Part shown: positions 37,608 to 50,367 of the stretch, piece by piece
Position numbering within the stretch: position 1 is the stretch's first letter
Layout of the letters: each line of letters begins with the position of its first letter
Assembly: GCF_000315625.1 (NCBI RefSeq)
Contig: NW_005434642.1
Coordinates: 95,615 to 159,614 of the forward strand
DNA length: 64,000 nucleotides
Direction: 5' to 3'
From: Guillardia theta CCMP2712
Taxonomy: Eukaryota > Protista > Cryptophyta
Translations under genes and position numbers: made by a program
Notes under the pieces: generated by a model
The model's database searches: none
Told to the model about the DNA's origin: nothing
Seen by the model: only the letters and a program-made list of their open reading frames with translations

Positions 37608-38510
37608 CTTTGAAAAAGATTGACAAAAAATGCAAAAATAAGACTCAAACAAAAGGGCTGAAACATTATTGAGATAAGAAGGGATTACAGTTTGCAAACA
37701 AGACACGGCTCTCTCCTTCCCTCCGTTCCACTCTCCCTCTCTTCAGATTCATCCCCGGTGCCCCCGCTACATCTCGGAAGGAGAATTCAAAAATCAAACT
37801 CAGCTGTGGGCGAATTACGACACCCGGCTGGAACTCCTCAGACAACACCGAAGTACCAAAGACGAAAACTCGCTACAACAATCACGATGTATGAAAGAAG
37901 CCGTCGAACAATCAAAACCAGGCAGCAAAGAGCTCTAGTCACTTGCTGTAGTTCCTTATGGTTATTGCCAAGACTCAGGCACAGCAGCATTTGCCTGGCA
38001 TGGAAAGCCAGCAGAGGAACTCTATTATTGAGGAAGGGGAAGAGAGGAGGGGTGTGAATTCCCCGTTTCCAAACGACTTCGAGGGGGTGGAGGTGTATGG
38101 ACACGGCGTCGCCTTTCAACTTACCGGTGCGCTGTCGGGCCCGGCGGCCTGGCCCGGCGGCCCGGCCCGGCCCGGCCCGTCTCGGAAAGTCTCATGAGGC
38201 CCAGGCCCGGGCCTTTGTTCATGCCGTCAGGCCGCCCGTGGACGACGGCCGGCCCGCGTCGCCGCCCGGCATGTCACACGCCCGGCCGCAGTGCCAAGTT
38301 GGGCCTGAGGGGAGAGGAGGGACCAACGGACGTCTGATCCTGCTGTCCGTTTCCCTGAGGCTGGCTCACGACCGAGTCCAGTACCCGCTTCAAGGGGGGT
38401 ACATGGAAGATGAATGAGGGTGGGGTGGTTGGTATCGTAGCAAGGGGGTAAGGGAGAGTCCTGGACAGGTTCGGGTGGGGTAGTAGTCAGGGTGGTCCTC
38501 GAAGAAGAAA

Positions 38511-39571
38511 ATGCAGCGCTGTGGGGTTTGGATAGCGCTAGCAAGCGCGGTGATGGTAGCAAACCCAGTATGGGCACAGGATGCGGATTCTCTTGATGAA
38601 ATCCAGAATCTACTTGTTGAGAGCGATTTTCTTTGGGACGTTGACGGCTGGACGGTGCAAGGAGAGTGTGATCCTATTCAACATGGGCAGAGGATGGCAA
38701 AGGCTGCAGACAGCGGGCCGGGGAAATGGTATTTTGTCGCCCCAAAGAAATTTTTAGGTGCTAAACGAGCAGCATATGGAGGAAAACTTACGTTTCGGCA
38801 TGGATTTTTTGAGTATAATAGGTGATTGCCTTCTTGGTTTTCTCTTTTCACTAATTCCCTGTTTGTCTCAGTGAGGGAAGAGATCTACAAAGCGGCCCAT
38901 TCGACGTGGTGCTGATATCGGAAGCTCATGGGTTGGTTGTGGGCAAGAAAAATGTTATCCCAGCCTGGGCATTTCGTAGCGACCATGAACTGGAACTTGT
39001 CGAGACAGCAGGTTGGATCCTGAACAGCACCAAAGGTCCGCCCAGCCGCCCTGACATGATAAGACTGCTATCGAAGTTGAGTGCAATCTGGATTCGAGGA
39101 GGATTCTACCAAGGAAACGAAGACTCTTACATCATGAATGTCAAGTTGTTTTCCGGGCCAGTTGACACAACCCCGAAGAAGAGCTCTTTGAAACGTCAGC
39201 GGATTCACTCTGGCCCGTCCCAGGTGCCGCCGGAAGAGCCGCCAATGGAGAGGGAAATCGAGCCTACCGAATCCAAACAACATGACAATGATGAAACCAA
39301 GCTTCACATCGATGACAAGGAGCTTGAAGAAACCTATCGTCGGCTGAAAGCACAGGAATCCAAGAAAGCAAAGGCAACCGAGCAAGATAATATGCAGGAT
39401 GTCCCTCCTCCACCTGAGGATGATGATGCTGCCGGTGGAAGCAATGAGGGTTCTGATGATTCCAGATCGAGAGATCCCATGGAATCTGATGAAGTTGAAG
39501 AGAAAACAAAGAAGGAGAAGAAGGGAATGTTCGGTGGATTCTTTGGCGGAGGCGAGAAGGACGATCTGTGA
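38511..39571 (+). CDS. Signal-peptide protein with a laminin IV (laminin B) domain and C-terminal KDDL
   Basis: DGWTV, WYFVAPKKFLG..RAAYGGKLTF, DVVLIS, DMIRLLSKLSAIWIRG; acidic tail ending GGEKDDL; one intron at about 38822-38870. Confidence 0.75.
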
Positions 39572-39820
39572 GGATCATGTCCTGACGAATGATGAAAGGA
39601 AGAGCAGGATGCAAAGATGGTAGAATTTGCTAAGGCAAAACGGAGTGGTAGGAGAAAAGATAGAATCTCTACAACATATAATTGAGACTGAAGAGGATAT
39701 GAAACGAAATTGATTGCAAGGGACCAGTAAAGAGAAACAACCTGTTGCAATTAACCAATGCCTGCTGCTAGTCGCTGCCATCTTCCTTTGTTTAGTCTTT
39801 TATTCGGAAAACTATCAAGA

Positions 39821-40676
39821 TCAATAGAAGAACCCAAGAATTTTACCACCAGTGCTCTTCCTACGAGCCTGTGAAGCAAACCATTCAGTATTTTCCTACC
39901 CCAATCAACAGAAGGAGATTAAAAACTCACCTCCTCATGGTCCATAATGCCCAAAGAGGTTGTCAACACCACATATCCGAACTGACGCGAGGGGAGAAGA
40001 TTACTGGTCCATTGCTCGATAGCGCCGATGGTTAAATCGAAGCGAGGAGAGATGACACCGCACTTGTTGATTCTGCCAATGAGCTCAACAACGACCTTTC
40101 CACCGCGGTGATCGTCAACAATTTCAAACTCCCCGATGTATCCTGGAAGTATGGTCAGAGAGTCTAAAGCATCAGCTGTTTCGATTGCGCGTAGGATGAC
40201 GACAACGATGAAAGCATGGTGTTAATGGTATTCGAAACAATTGGATCCAATCGTTTTGAGCTTTCTCGTATCTCGTCAGATATGAACACACATCAATAAC
40301 ACCACACGGATTATCTCATGTGCGCGAGAAGTCAAATAAACATTTCAACAATTTGTATCCAACCAGTCAGTGAGAAATTAACCATGCTGACTGTCAAGAG
40401 TGTTCGAAACAACAACAAATAATCTTCAACACCATCAGCTCTTCACTTCACTCATCACCGTTCTCCACACGCATCTAACATCCATGCCCCTCTAGTTACA
40501 GAGTGCCACGTGCCACAGCACGAGAGGTCAGAGAGCTTCTTACCGTGTTTCTGCATAACCTGGAAGTACTTGACGATAACCTTGGAGCAAGGCCTGATGA
40601 GAACCTGGCGCTTGCCCGCCTTCTCCGCGTTGTTGAGCGTCTTCAACGCATCGGCCAGCACTGACATGCGCACCAT
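39821..40676 (-). CDS. RPS15A: 40S ribosomal protein S15a (uS8)
   Basis: [12 protein letters not shown]...[15 protein letters not shown]...[17 protein letters not shown]...[10 protein letters not shown]...LLPSRQFG...[20 protein letters not shown]; two introns. Confidence 0.97.
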
Positions 40677-41599
40677 GGCGGCTTCTCCTTCCCTGCCTGC
40701 ACGCGACTCACCGAAAAAAAAATAATCCTGAGGCGGACTGTGGGGTGGGGTCCTGAACTGGGTGATTGACAGGGTATGAAGGGAGGGTGGTAAGAGAGCT
40801 GCTGGGTGGGGGTTATTCGATTTGGTGGGGTGGGGGTAGAATGAATCAATATTGTATGAGGGTGGGTACATCACATTGGAACAGAAAGCCCCAGAATGAA
40901 GTCTACTAAACATGGTATTTGTGTGGTGGGTGGAGAAGTATCCACCCTATGCAAAATGGGAGGGGTGGTGGTTGAAAGGAATCTATTCTGGATCTGTTCT
41001 GAGGAGGTGGGTGGTAACAACTTCAAGCTCACCTCAGGTGCAATGGCGAAACAGGGATGATGGTAGACCAGAGAACCGTTGGAGAATGGCTGAAAGAATC
41101 TGCGGAAGAATATGCATATAAGGATGGCGGGAAGCGAGCAAAGGCTGATTGAGAAGTTGAATGGGGAGATCAGGGATAATGATGGAGCAAGAAAAGGGGG
41201 GAGGAGAAGAGGGGAGGAAGAAGTAAGTGGAGACAGTGAAAGGAGGCTGGGAGAGTACAAGGGAAGCATACGCAAAATGTACGACAAGAATACTGGCATA
41301 CATGGACAATAGACAATCATTCTTCTAATTTGATTGAGAGACAGAGAACTTGTGGTGTGACTTGTTGTACACGAATGATTTATTCCATTCCTTCATCAAC
41401 AGGTGAAGACGCTTGAAGAAAAAGGTGGACCGAAAACTAAGATAATCGAAATCCGACAGTATGCTCTGCTCCAACATCTCTGTGTTTCTTAGCGCGATCC
41501 CCCCCGAGAAGCGTAAGAGGACCAAGGTAGGTGCTGCTGGACGAGAAGAGTCGAGCTTTCCTATCACTGACGTGATGAGTTGTAGAGGCCAACTATAGT

Positions 41600-44500
41600 C
41601 GAGGAGGAGAAGCCACTGAAAGCGAAGATGCCGTAAGACGTAGCAAGGAGGATATTTGTTGATGACGTTGAGTTAGGAAAAGACAGAGGAAGGAGGAGCC
41701 GAGGCAGAGCCGAAGGAGGAGCCGAAGGAGGAGATAAAGGAGGAGCCGAAAGCTCAACCGTACAAGGTCACGCTGAATGGGTAAGAACTGCTGTGGAGTA
41801 AGACGTGTCTGCATGTTTGTTGGTAGTTTCTTCTCTTTGAATGATGCAGCCAGTTGTGTAAATCTCTCCGATGCTTCTTGTGGTTGACTGACACTGTTGT
41901 TGCAACAAATAGGAACGTTCCTTGTGCCATCCTGCTCCACCATGCTAGGAAAGTGTACATCAAGGTATGTTGTTGTAAGACAGCTCAGTTGTTGGTTGAG
42001 TTTGCAACGCAGGAGGAGAGGAAAGAGAAAGGAGAGAATGCAGAGTTGTTAGTGACTGTGAGTGCTGCTGCCTCCTTGAACCAGCAAAGGGTAACAGTAA
42101 GTGTAGATGGACACGCCTTGCACTCAGCTCGACCTGGCGACGATGGAAGGGAAGGTGAAGGAGGCAGGAGGTGAATCGTCCAGGGGCATTCAAGAGACTG
42201 CAGGTGGTGGGATTGGGGGAGGAGGAGAAGATGAAGACGATTGCAATGGAGATGTTGGAAGCGAGAAGTGATTACATCTTAGTTCTGCGGAAGGTGAGAC
42301 ATCGTAGCGATGATGAAGATTTGTGACTGTTATGGGGGAGAGGGAGGAGCAAGAGGTGGTGAGGAGCATGTTGATGCTAGTAGATGGATGCTCGGGGTGA
42401 TGGTTGCGATGATGTTTCATCTTCTCTTGTTCTTGCGATGGACCTGTGAGCGATCATGATGGCAGGTCGACGAGGAAGGAAACAAATCCTTCACTTCTCT
42501 ATGTCACGCGCCGTCAATGGCAGACATTCAGATTACGGAATGATAGAAAGTGAAGTTTGGACCAACCAAACATCTACAATCTAACAAGATGTTATTCTTT
42601 GACTGCCAGGGTCCCATAGCATCTGCTTCTGTTCTCGTTGCTCTTTTTACACATCTCTATTGCTTTCCTTGTGGCTGATTTCCTCTTGTCTTGGTATTGT
42701 TCTCTTCATCCCCATATCGATCATCACTTAAGATGCTTTGGAAAGTTCCGAGCGAACGCTGAGCGAGATGGAGTGACAGGAGGAGAAGGAGTGAAGCTGC
42801 TGTTTGCTATGGCCTCATCCGAGTCCTGCTAACAACAATCACATGGAGCTGAGCTGATGAAAGGTTCTTTCCTCTGACAAGCCTGAGGACGGAGATGGGT
42901 CCGAAGGGAAGAAATGACTGCACAAGGAGCATGACAGGGTCAGAAGGCAGGAGGAAGGAGGGAGGAAGCAGGAGACAGGAGGGAGGAAGAAGATAGCAGG
43001 AGGCAGGAGGAGACAAGAGGCAGGACAGGAACGGAGGAGGCGGGAGAGAGAAGGAGGAGGGATGGTGGGAAGAGGACAGGGGAGGGAGGAGGAAGGAGGT
43101 AAAGAGAGGGAGGAGGAGGTTACGTGGAGAGGAAGTTCTCCTTCTGCTTGAGGCTCTTTCCTCGTGAGACCGCTAGGGCTCTCTTGAACTTGAGGAGGGC
43201 GCGAGTTGTCTCATGCACCTGCGGGAAAGTCATGCTCGTGCTAGCGAGAGGAGGAGGAGACGGGAAAGGAAAAAGCAGGGGTAGGAAGAGAGAGAGGGAG
43301 GAGGAGGAGGAGGAGGAGGAGGAGGAGGAGGAGGAGGAGGAGGAGGAGGAGGAGGAGGAGGAGGAGGAGGAGGAGGAGGAGGAGGAGGAGGAGGAGGAGG
43401 AGGAGGAGGGAAGGGAGGGTAGGTCGGTAGGNNNNNNNNNNNNNNNNNNNNNNNNNNNNNNNNNNNNNNNNNNNNNNNNNNNNNNNNNNNNNNNNNNNNN
43501 NNNNNNNNNNNNNNNNNNNNNNNNNNNNNNNGGCAGGAGGTAGATAGAGAGAACAGCAGCAGTGTGAAAGGGAGTGGAACAGATTCAAGGTACAATCAGG
43601 AGAAGAGGAATGAAAGAAGGCAGGAGAAGAAGTGGGAGGGAGGGAGAGAGGGAGAGAGGGAGGGAAAGAGAGAGGGAGGAGTACCTGTGATCGAAGATGA
43701 TCTCGCTCTGTCGTCAGCCTCGCAGTGAGTAAGTGAAGTTGTGAGAGCTGCGAGCTGATTGCTTCACTTGACACCTGCAACAAACTTGAGAGGAGGGTTG
43801 TGGCGGCGGTGACGGTGGCAGGCAAGGGGAAGAGCAAGGAGGAGGAGATAGTGGTGGTGGAACGAAGGAAGAGGAGCAATCAACCTCAATACTTCTCAAT
43901 TGAGGTTGTAGATCCTGATCGAACTGGAGCAAGCATCACAATCCTATACCATGAAAGCAAGAAAAGCTCACAGAGAAGGTCTTTTGAAACCTTTGCCTCA
44001 TTGTTTGTAGCTCATCCCAACTTGTGACGTTCTTGAGGTGTTCTTCTTCCATCTCATGCTTGATACAAGACAACTCAAAGGCTATGTTCTTCATCCCCAC
44101 GAGAAGGGTCTCATATCTTTCTTCGTGGATGTGCAGTAGGTTTTCCTTCTCTTTCAACTCTTGCTCCATTCCGATTGCAAGCTGCTGATAATCTTGTAAT
44201 TCTTGCGCGAGCAAACACTCTGCATCAACGCTCACTCGTCACTTAGAAGGAAACAAACACTGTCTAACAACCTTTCGACTTAATTTCCTCGACCTCTGAA
44301 GAGAGTTCCAACGTAAGTTCTTGATATCTGATCAGATCCCTCGCGATGTCATCACACAAAAGATTCTTCGTGTTGAGGTTCTCAACAAGTTGCGACATCG
44401 GCTGAAGAGAAAGAGACATGGCTTGTTCTGCTTTTGTCACATAATGTTCCATCACCTCCAACTTGTCGACGAAGCACTCATCCACAAACTTCCCAGTCTC

Positions 44501-47500
44501 TTTCGTCCTGCCGATCTCGATGGCCTCGCGGGCTCGACTCTCCTCAACGGTAGACAACTTCTCCTGTATCAGCTTGTTGTGCATCGACAAGTCGCGGATC
44601 AGACACTCTGCTTGTTGCTTCTCATGCTCCAATACCATGACAGCTCTCTTCAGCTCCTGTGCTACAAACATCGTCTCCTCCTTCTCCTGCATCATCATCT
44701 CAGAAAACTGTAACTTGACGCGGACATTTCTTGCCGTTTGTGACTGGATGCAAGCCTTCTCGACCGTACTGAGGCGAGCCGCCAGCTCATTTACGATTGT
44801 CTGCACGATGAGAAAATTATCATCGATCCGATGAGGACATGTGAATTTTCGTAATCATCATCATCATCATCATCATCATCAACAACAACAACAACAGGGC
44901 TTCCTTGATCGTAAAAGCTCAACACCATCACCAACAGTGCAGTGGCACTCCACCCAACCACCACCACCATCATCATCATCATCATATTCAACCTGACTTG
45001 CGTCGAAGCTCTTTTCTGACTTGCACAATCTTTCCTTGCAAACAAGCAGAGATGCTGAGAGTGCAGAGATAGTCTTCCCAGCAGAACTCAGTGCCATCTC
45101 CATCTTCTTCTCTACCTGCTGCACAGCAGCCTCTACCGCGCTCAGCGACTTGGCTAAGACTTCTCTCTCATAGCATGAGGTGACTTGTGCGATCATCACT
45201 TCTCCTCTGCACGAGAACACATGGTCGATCGCCATGCTGTTCACGTTGAGGAACTGCCAGACAACAGACCGCAGCAGCATCTTGCTTATCATCCTCTCCC
45301 ACCCGCTGATCGACCTCAGCGATCTGATGGAGAGGAGGAGGAACGACAAGTCTTCCTGCAAGGATGACAGGTCATCCAGCTCCGACGTCCGTTCCATGAC
45401 GTTGATCACATCGTCCAAGTCCTTGGCTATCTCCTCCACCTCCCCGTCCTTCATCTGTCTTTCCTCTACCTCCCCATGCTGCTCGACCTTCCCGCCCTTC
45501 CTTGTCACGTACATCTCAGCTGAACTCCTCCTCGTCCTCATCATCTCCTCCTCCTCCAGGCGAGGCTTACACCTCCTCCCCTCGAGCATGTAGAACTCCA
45601 CAGATTTCAATATCTCCTCCCCGTCCCATCCTCCCGCGATCATCACCATCCCCTGCATGACCGGGTGGCTGCAAGCAAAGAAGTCTGAGCGCGGCTGCTG
45701 CAAGGGAGGGCAGGAGGTCCAGCGGTTGGCGGACAGGTCGAACATCTCAACAGACGACAGCACGTGCCCGTCCTCGTCTTCCCCCCCGAGCGCAAAGATC
45801 CGGTTCTGGTGAGCTACCACCTGGAAGTTCTTCCTCCTCTGCTGCATGGAGGGGAGGGAGCGCCAGCTACCGTCCAGCAGCTCCCACACCAGCAGGCTCG
45901 AGAGCACTCCGTCGGAGCTGATGCCTCCTGCTACAAACACGCTCCCTCCTACCACCACAGCCGAGCACCCGAGACGAGGATGGGGAAGGCTGGCATGGAC
46001 GGCTGCCCGCTGCCCGTCGGGGGAGGAGGGGGAGGGGGACGAGGCGATCTCATCCTCCTCGCCCTCCCAGCGAGGGAGGAGGAGCCGGTCCAGAGAGTCA
46101 CTTGCCGGCTCAGCATCCTCTTCACGTGCTTGAGGAAGGAGACCTGCAGCTTCCATGTGTCTGTGTACTTGACGCTGTTGTGCGATAGCAGTTTCACCTT
46201 GTCTCGGATGCGAGCCATCGGCCGGGCGCTGCTCGGGCTCAGCTGCGCCCCCAGCTCCTCCTGCTTCCTGTTGGCTATCAGAGCAGGGAGGTGAAGTAGC
46301 GAGTGCTCCAGCTCCTCCATGGCGCGTTCCAACTGATTCAACCTCCCAGCCAGCATCATCCCCTCGGACTCGCATGCCTGCGTGTCGCTCCTTTGCTCGT
46401 CCCTTCCCTGGTCCACCTGACCCACCGCCTGCGCGACGTCGCTACATGTTTCCTCGAGGCCGCGACGGAGGATCACAAGTTCTTCGTTCCTCGTCCTCAG
46501 CAAGTCCGACAGCTCGCAGATCTCGGACTCATAGAGGGACCGTTGCGTCGTGTGATTCTCCATCAAGTGATTCATCACTTGTACAAAACCAGCAGCGACC
46601 TCAATCCGGCCGCGCCCATCGCTAACGGCAAGATCGCCCCTCTCACGCTGCATTATCGTCTCTGGGATCCGTTGGAAGTTTGACTCGGCGAGCTGACGTT
46701 TGACAGCCTCCAGCAGGCATACGAGGCTCTCCTCTCTTGTGAGGAAATCGACCTGCTGGTCCTGCAAGCTCCTGAGACTCTCTTGCAACAGCTCGACATG
46801 CTGGACGAGCGTCTGGTTGTTGCCCTGCAACATCTTCATCTTCTCCTCCATCATCATCATCTCGCTTTCCATCGATCGTTCACGCTCGTCCCATGTCGCC
46901 TTGTCGCCTTCCAGCGCCTTGTTGCATTCTTCCGCTCTTCTGATGTTTTCCTCCAAGTCCTTGACTTTGACTTGCAGCACTCGGTTGATTTCTTCTAACA
47001 CATCAGCCTGATTCACTGACTGTGAATGTGTATCTATCACACTCTCTTTCAATGACACGGCCTCGCTCAAAGCTTCCTCGACTTGTTTGCTAATGCAAAC
47101 AAGATCGTTCTCAGCAACTCTTATCATCCCTTGCAACCTGCTAACGTTTTGAGACTGATTTTCATCTTTCTTGTACATGTCAAAGTTTTTTCTCTCCTCG
47201 CTCAACAACCTCTCCTGCAGTTCCGCGGATTGTTCTCTTAGCTGGGCGACACGATGCTGCATCTCGATACCGGCGCGCAAGAATTCCTCCCTCTCCTCGC
47301 GGAGGCTGGTCATCTCGTTTTCATACTCCCCGTGCTTTCGCTTCAGAGCCTCAACTGTCTCTTCCAACTCCTTCTTGTCTTGTTCCAGCAGCACCAGGCT
47401 TTGCTGTCATCACATAACATCAAAGGTTGTCGTCACACAACAGCAAACAATGCAGAATGACCTTGTTCTTTGTCGATGAGTCTTTCCAACACATGGACTC

Positions 47501-48852
47501 GGCGTAAGACTCTGCCATGTCCTTTTCGATCCCGCTGATCGTATCAGACATGTCTATCTGCAATGACTGCCAGTCTACAACACAGCTCATGAGACCCGAT
47601 GTGATCAAAGTAACCAAATGTTCCTCCGTGCTGGGCGTCAAATATTCCTGCTGGTCTCCTGGCTTGCCTGAACTTGCCATGTCGGACTTCGGAGTTGCCA
47701 TGAGGTCGGCGCAAACTTGGCAAACTTGTTTCAGCACGCTCTCGCACTCGAGAGCTTTCTCGAAGCAAGAAGAAGCGCAGCTGCTCACTTCATGCTGCAC
47801 TCTCCTCGCATTCTCCACGTGCCGACCTAGCAGCAGAGCCTGAGATTCAAGCTCCAGGTCATACTTGATCTTCATGGCTTTCAACGACCGTTGCGAGACT
47901 AGGCACGCTCGCTCTACCTCTCCCCGCAGGCTGTCCACCATCTCCATCAGGTGAGTCAGTGACTGATCCAACACCTTCTGACTCGAATCCCGTTCTTTCG
48001 CATCCTGAACTAGGCGCTGCTCGAGCTCAGAGTTCTTCAAACTCATCTCCTCCAAGGCCGACTGGCGGTCTTTCAGTTCGGCTTCAAGCTGCAACATGTT
48101 GCTTTTCATCGTCTCCATCTCAATCTCCCTGTCTTGCAGCATGTCGACAAACGTCTCAGGAGAGGGTTTGCTCTCTCTCAAGCTTTCATTCGCCGCTTTC
48201 AACTCGACAACGATCTCTCCCAATTCAGGGATCAGATCTCGAACAAGCTCCTCCACATGGTTCAACTTCCACAGAGATCCGTTCAACCTGTCTCTCGTCT
48301 CTTGCAGCTCGGAGTACAGCATGTCGTTGGTGTTTTGCAAGGATAGGAAGCTCTCCTCTCCCATCGAAGGCTCTACTCCCTAGACGATGCTCCCAGTGAG
48401 ATCGAGAGTGAGGGACTGCACATGAGGAGAGGACTGTGACTTGAGCATATCTATCTTCTTCTGCTGCTGCAGGACGGTTGCTGCAGCTTGCTGCAGAAAG
48501 CGTTCAAGCTGATATTTCTCCTGTGACAGTCTCTTCACTTCAGCTTCGAGGGCCTGGAAGCTTGACATGCTTCGCTTCTCTGTGTTGTTCATCACAGGCT
48601 GCTTCACCGTTCCGATAAGTCTCGTGTTGTTCCCATGTTTTCCCCTCCTGACAGCAACCGGACAAAGCTTGATGGTATGAAAAAGTCTCCTTTGTTCAAC
48701 GGTAGTTGTTGTTGCTGCTGCTGCCTGTCTTGCTCGTTCTTCTTCTTTCAGTCCTTCAAGGTGAGAATGTAGTGAACATGATGTCGCTCACCACCGTTGA
48801 TCTCTTTGACTACTTTTTGAAACTGCCGGCTGTTGTGAAAACTGCCCCTCAT
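41600..48852 (-). CDS. Very large coiled-coil protein with internal kelch repeats (possibly two genes; ends approximate)
   Basis: Coiled-coil ORFs 47420-48364, 45949-47394, 44264-44806 and 43936-44235. Kelch repeats VFVAGG...WRSLPSM, IFALGG...VEMFDLSANRW, IAGGWDG at about 45560-46010. Crosses the N gap; one frame junction near 46150 is unresolved. Confidence 0.6.
43298..43531. repeat. (GAG)n microsatellite followed by an assembly gap (N at 43432-43531)
   Basis: Long gag run, then 100 Ns. Confidence 0.97.
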
Positions 48853-49541
48853 CCCCCCACTGTTATCGGAACCGGGCCGGGCCGGGCCCGGGGGCCGCGG
48901 GACCGCGGGCGGCCCCCGGCGGCGGCCGATACGCGCGCGGCGGCCAGTGGTGACGCCGTACCGTCGGCCTGACTGTTATTCAAAGTTAAGAGTGAAAAAT
49001 CACGAGGACAATCAGTAGACTCGTGAGCAAAGAGGTCGCCAGTGACTGGCAGGCGGTCTCCGGGCATCACACTGCGACATGATCGCCCCCCGATGCGTGA
49101 CGGCACGCCCGGTGCACTGAACTTCGGAACCGTACTCCGTACGGTCGCCGCTCAGTCCGAGCCCCCCCGGCCGGGAGCCCGCCGGGAGTCCGAGCGGCAG
49201 TGTCTTCACGTCTTCACTAGGTCACTCGGACCCGCCGCTAGCACTCAGCGGCGGCAGGCAGGCCGGCGGCCCGGCCTGGGATCCGAGTCTGAGGCTCTTT
49301 ATTGACTGAAAACTTGAAAAGGAAGGCAAACCGGAGCAAACAAACGAGGACGAGGATAAAGCCTACAAACCCGCCTCAATAAAATACTAGGAAACGAAAA
49401 AGGCAGCGAAATCCGGGATACTGAGAGTTTGCATGATTCCCCATGTTATCATCCCCCTCATCCTCCTAAACTCCAAATATTCCTCAGCTTGAAAGACGCC
49501 GCGGCATGCTGTTAGCTTTGTTTCCTGCTGCTCCTGCCCGC

Positions 49542-50243
49542 ATGTCCCTGACTATCAACGCTGTTCTCATCCTTTCTCTTCTGTCCGTATGTAGTGCTTT
49601 CATGCCGGCTCCAGGAACTCACTCGCTGAGTCGGGGCCTGGCGCCTTTCTCTGCCAAAGTTTCGCAACGGCCCCCTTTCCCAAGGTTGAGAACGCACGGA
49701 CGCTCGAAGCTCGAGATGATGGCCAAGAAGACGGTAAATCAACATCACGAGCTGCTTGCAATATGTTATGATGATAGCTGACTTGCTTTCTTGACAGTTC
49801 AAGGACTTTGATGATCTCCTGGCCAGCTCTGAGAAGCCGGTCAGCAGAGAGTCGTAACTGTGATGGCAGCTGAACAAGTGCTGGCAGGTGCTGGTTGACT
49901 TCTATGCGGTATGGTGTGGCCCGTGTGTTATCATGAGTAAGGAGCTCGCGTCGTTGAGCGAAACTATTGGTGACAAGGTGACTTGAATCAGGTTGTTTAC
50001 TAAGAAATTTACTGATGTCGGGCAGGTTATGATCGTCAAGATTGATACCGAGAAGTATCCCAACATCACCAACAAGTTCAACGTGCATGCGCTGCCTACT
50101 TGTATTCTTTTCAAGGATGGTCAACCAGTCGATCGTGAGCGATTCTCTCATTCTCATGGAGGTCTGCTGACAGCATGACAGGCTTTGAGGGAGTGATGAA
50201 GCAAGACCAGCTGAAGGACCGGATATTATCCAAGATCAATTAG
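49542..50243 (+). CDS. Plastid-targeted thioredoxin, y-type
   Basis: Bipartite leader ...[41 protein letters not shown]...VKIDTEKYP...ALPTCILFKDGQPVDRFEG. Alternative ATG at 49506. Confidence 0.92.
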
Positions 50244-50367
50244 TCCTTCATTAAACAGACAAGGATGAACATACAAAAAGGCAATTATCTTGCTTGTTTG
50301 TTTTGGCTTCCACCATTCTCGGACACGACATCAACCACTGAAGCGAACACAGTGGGCCGCGACGCGC

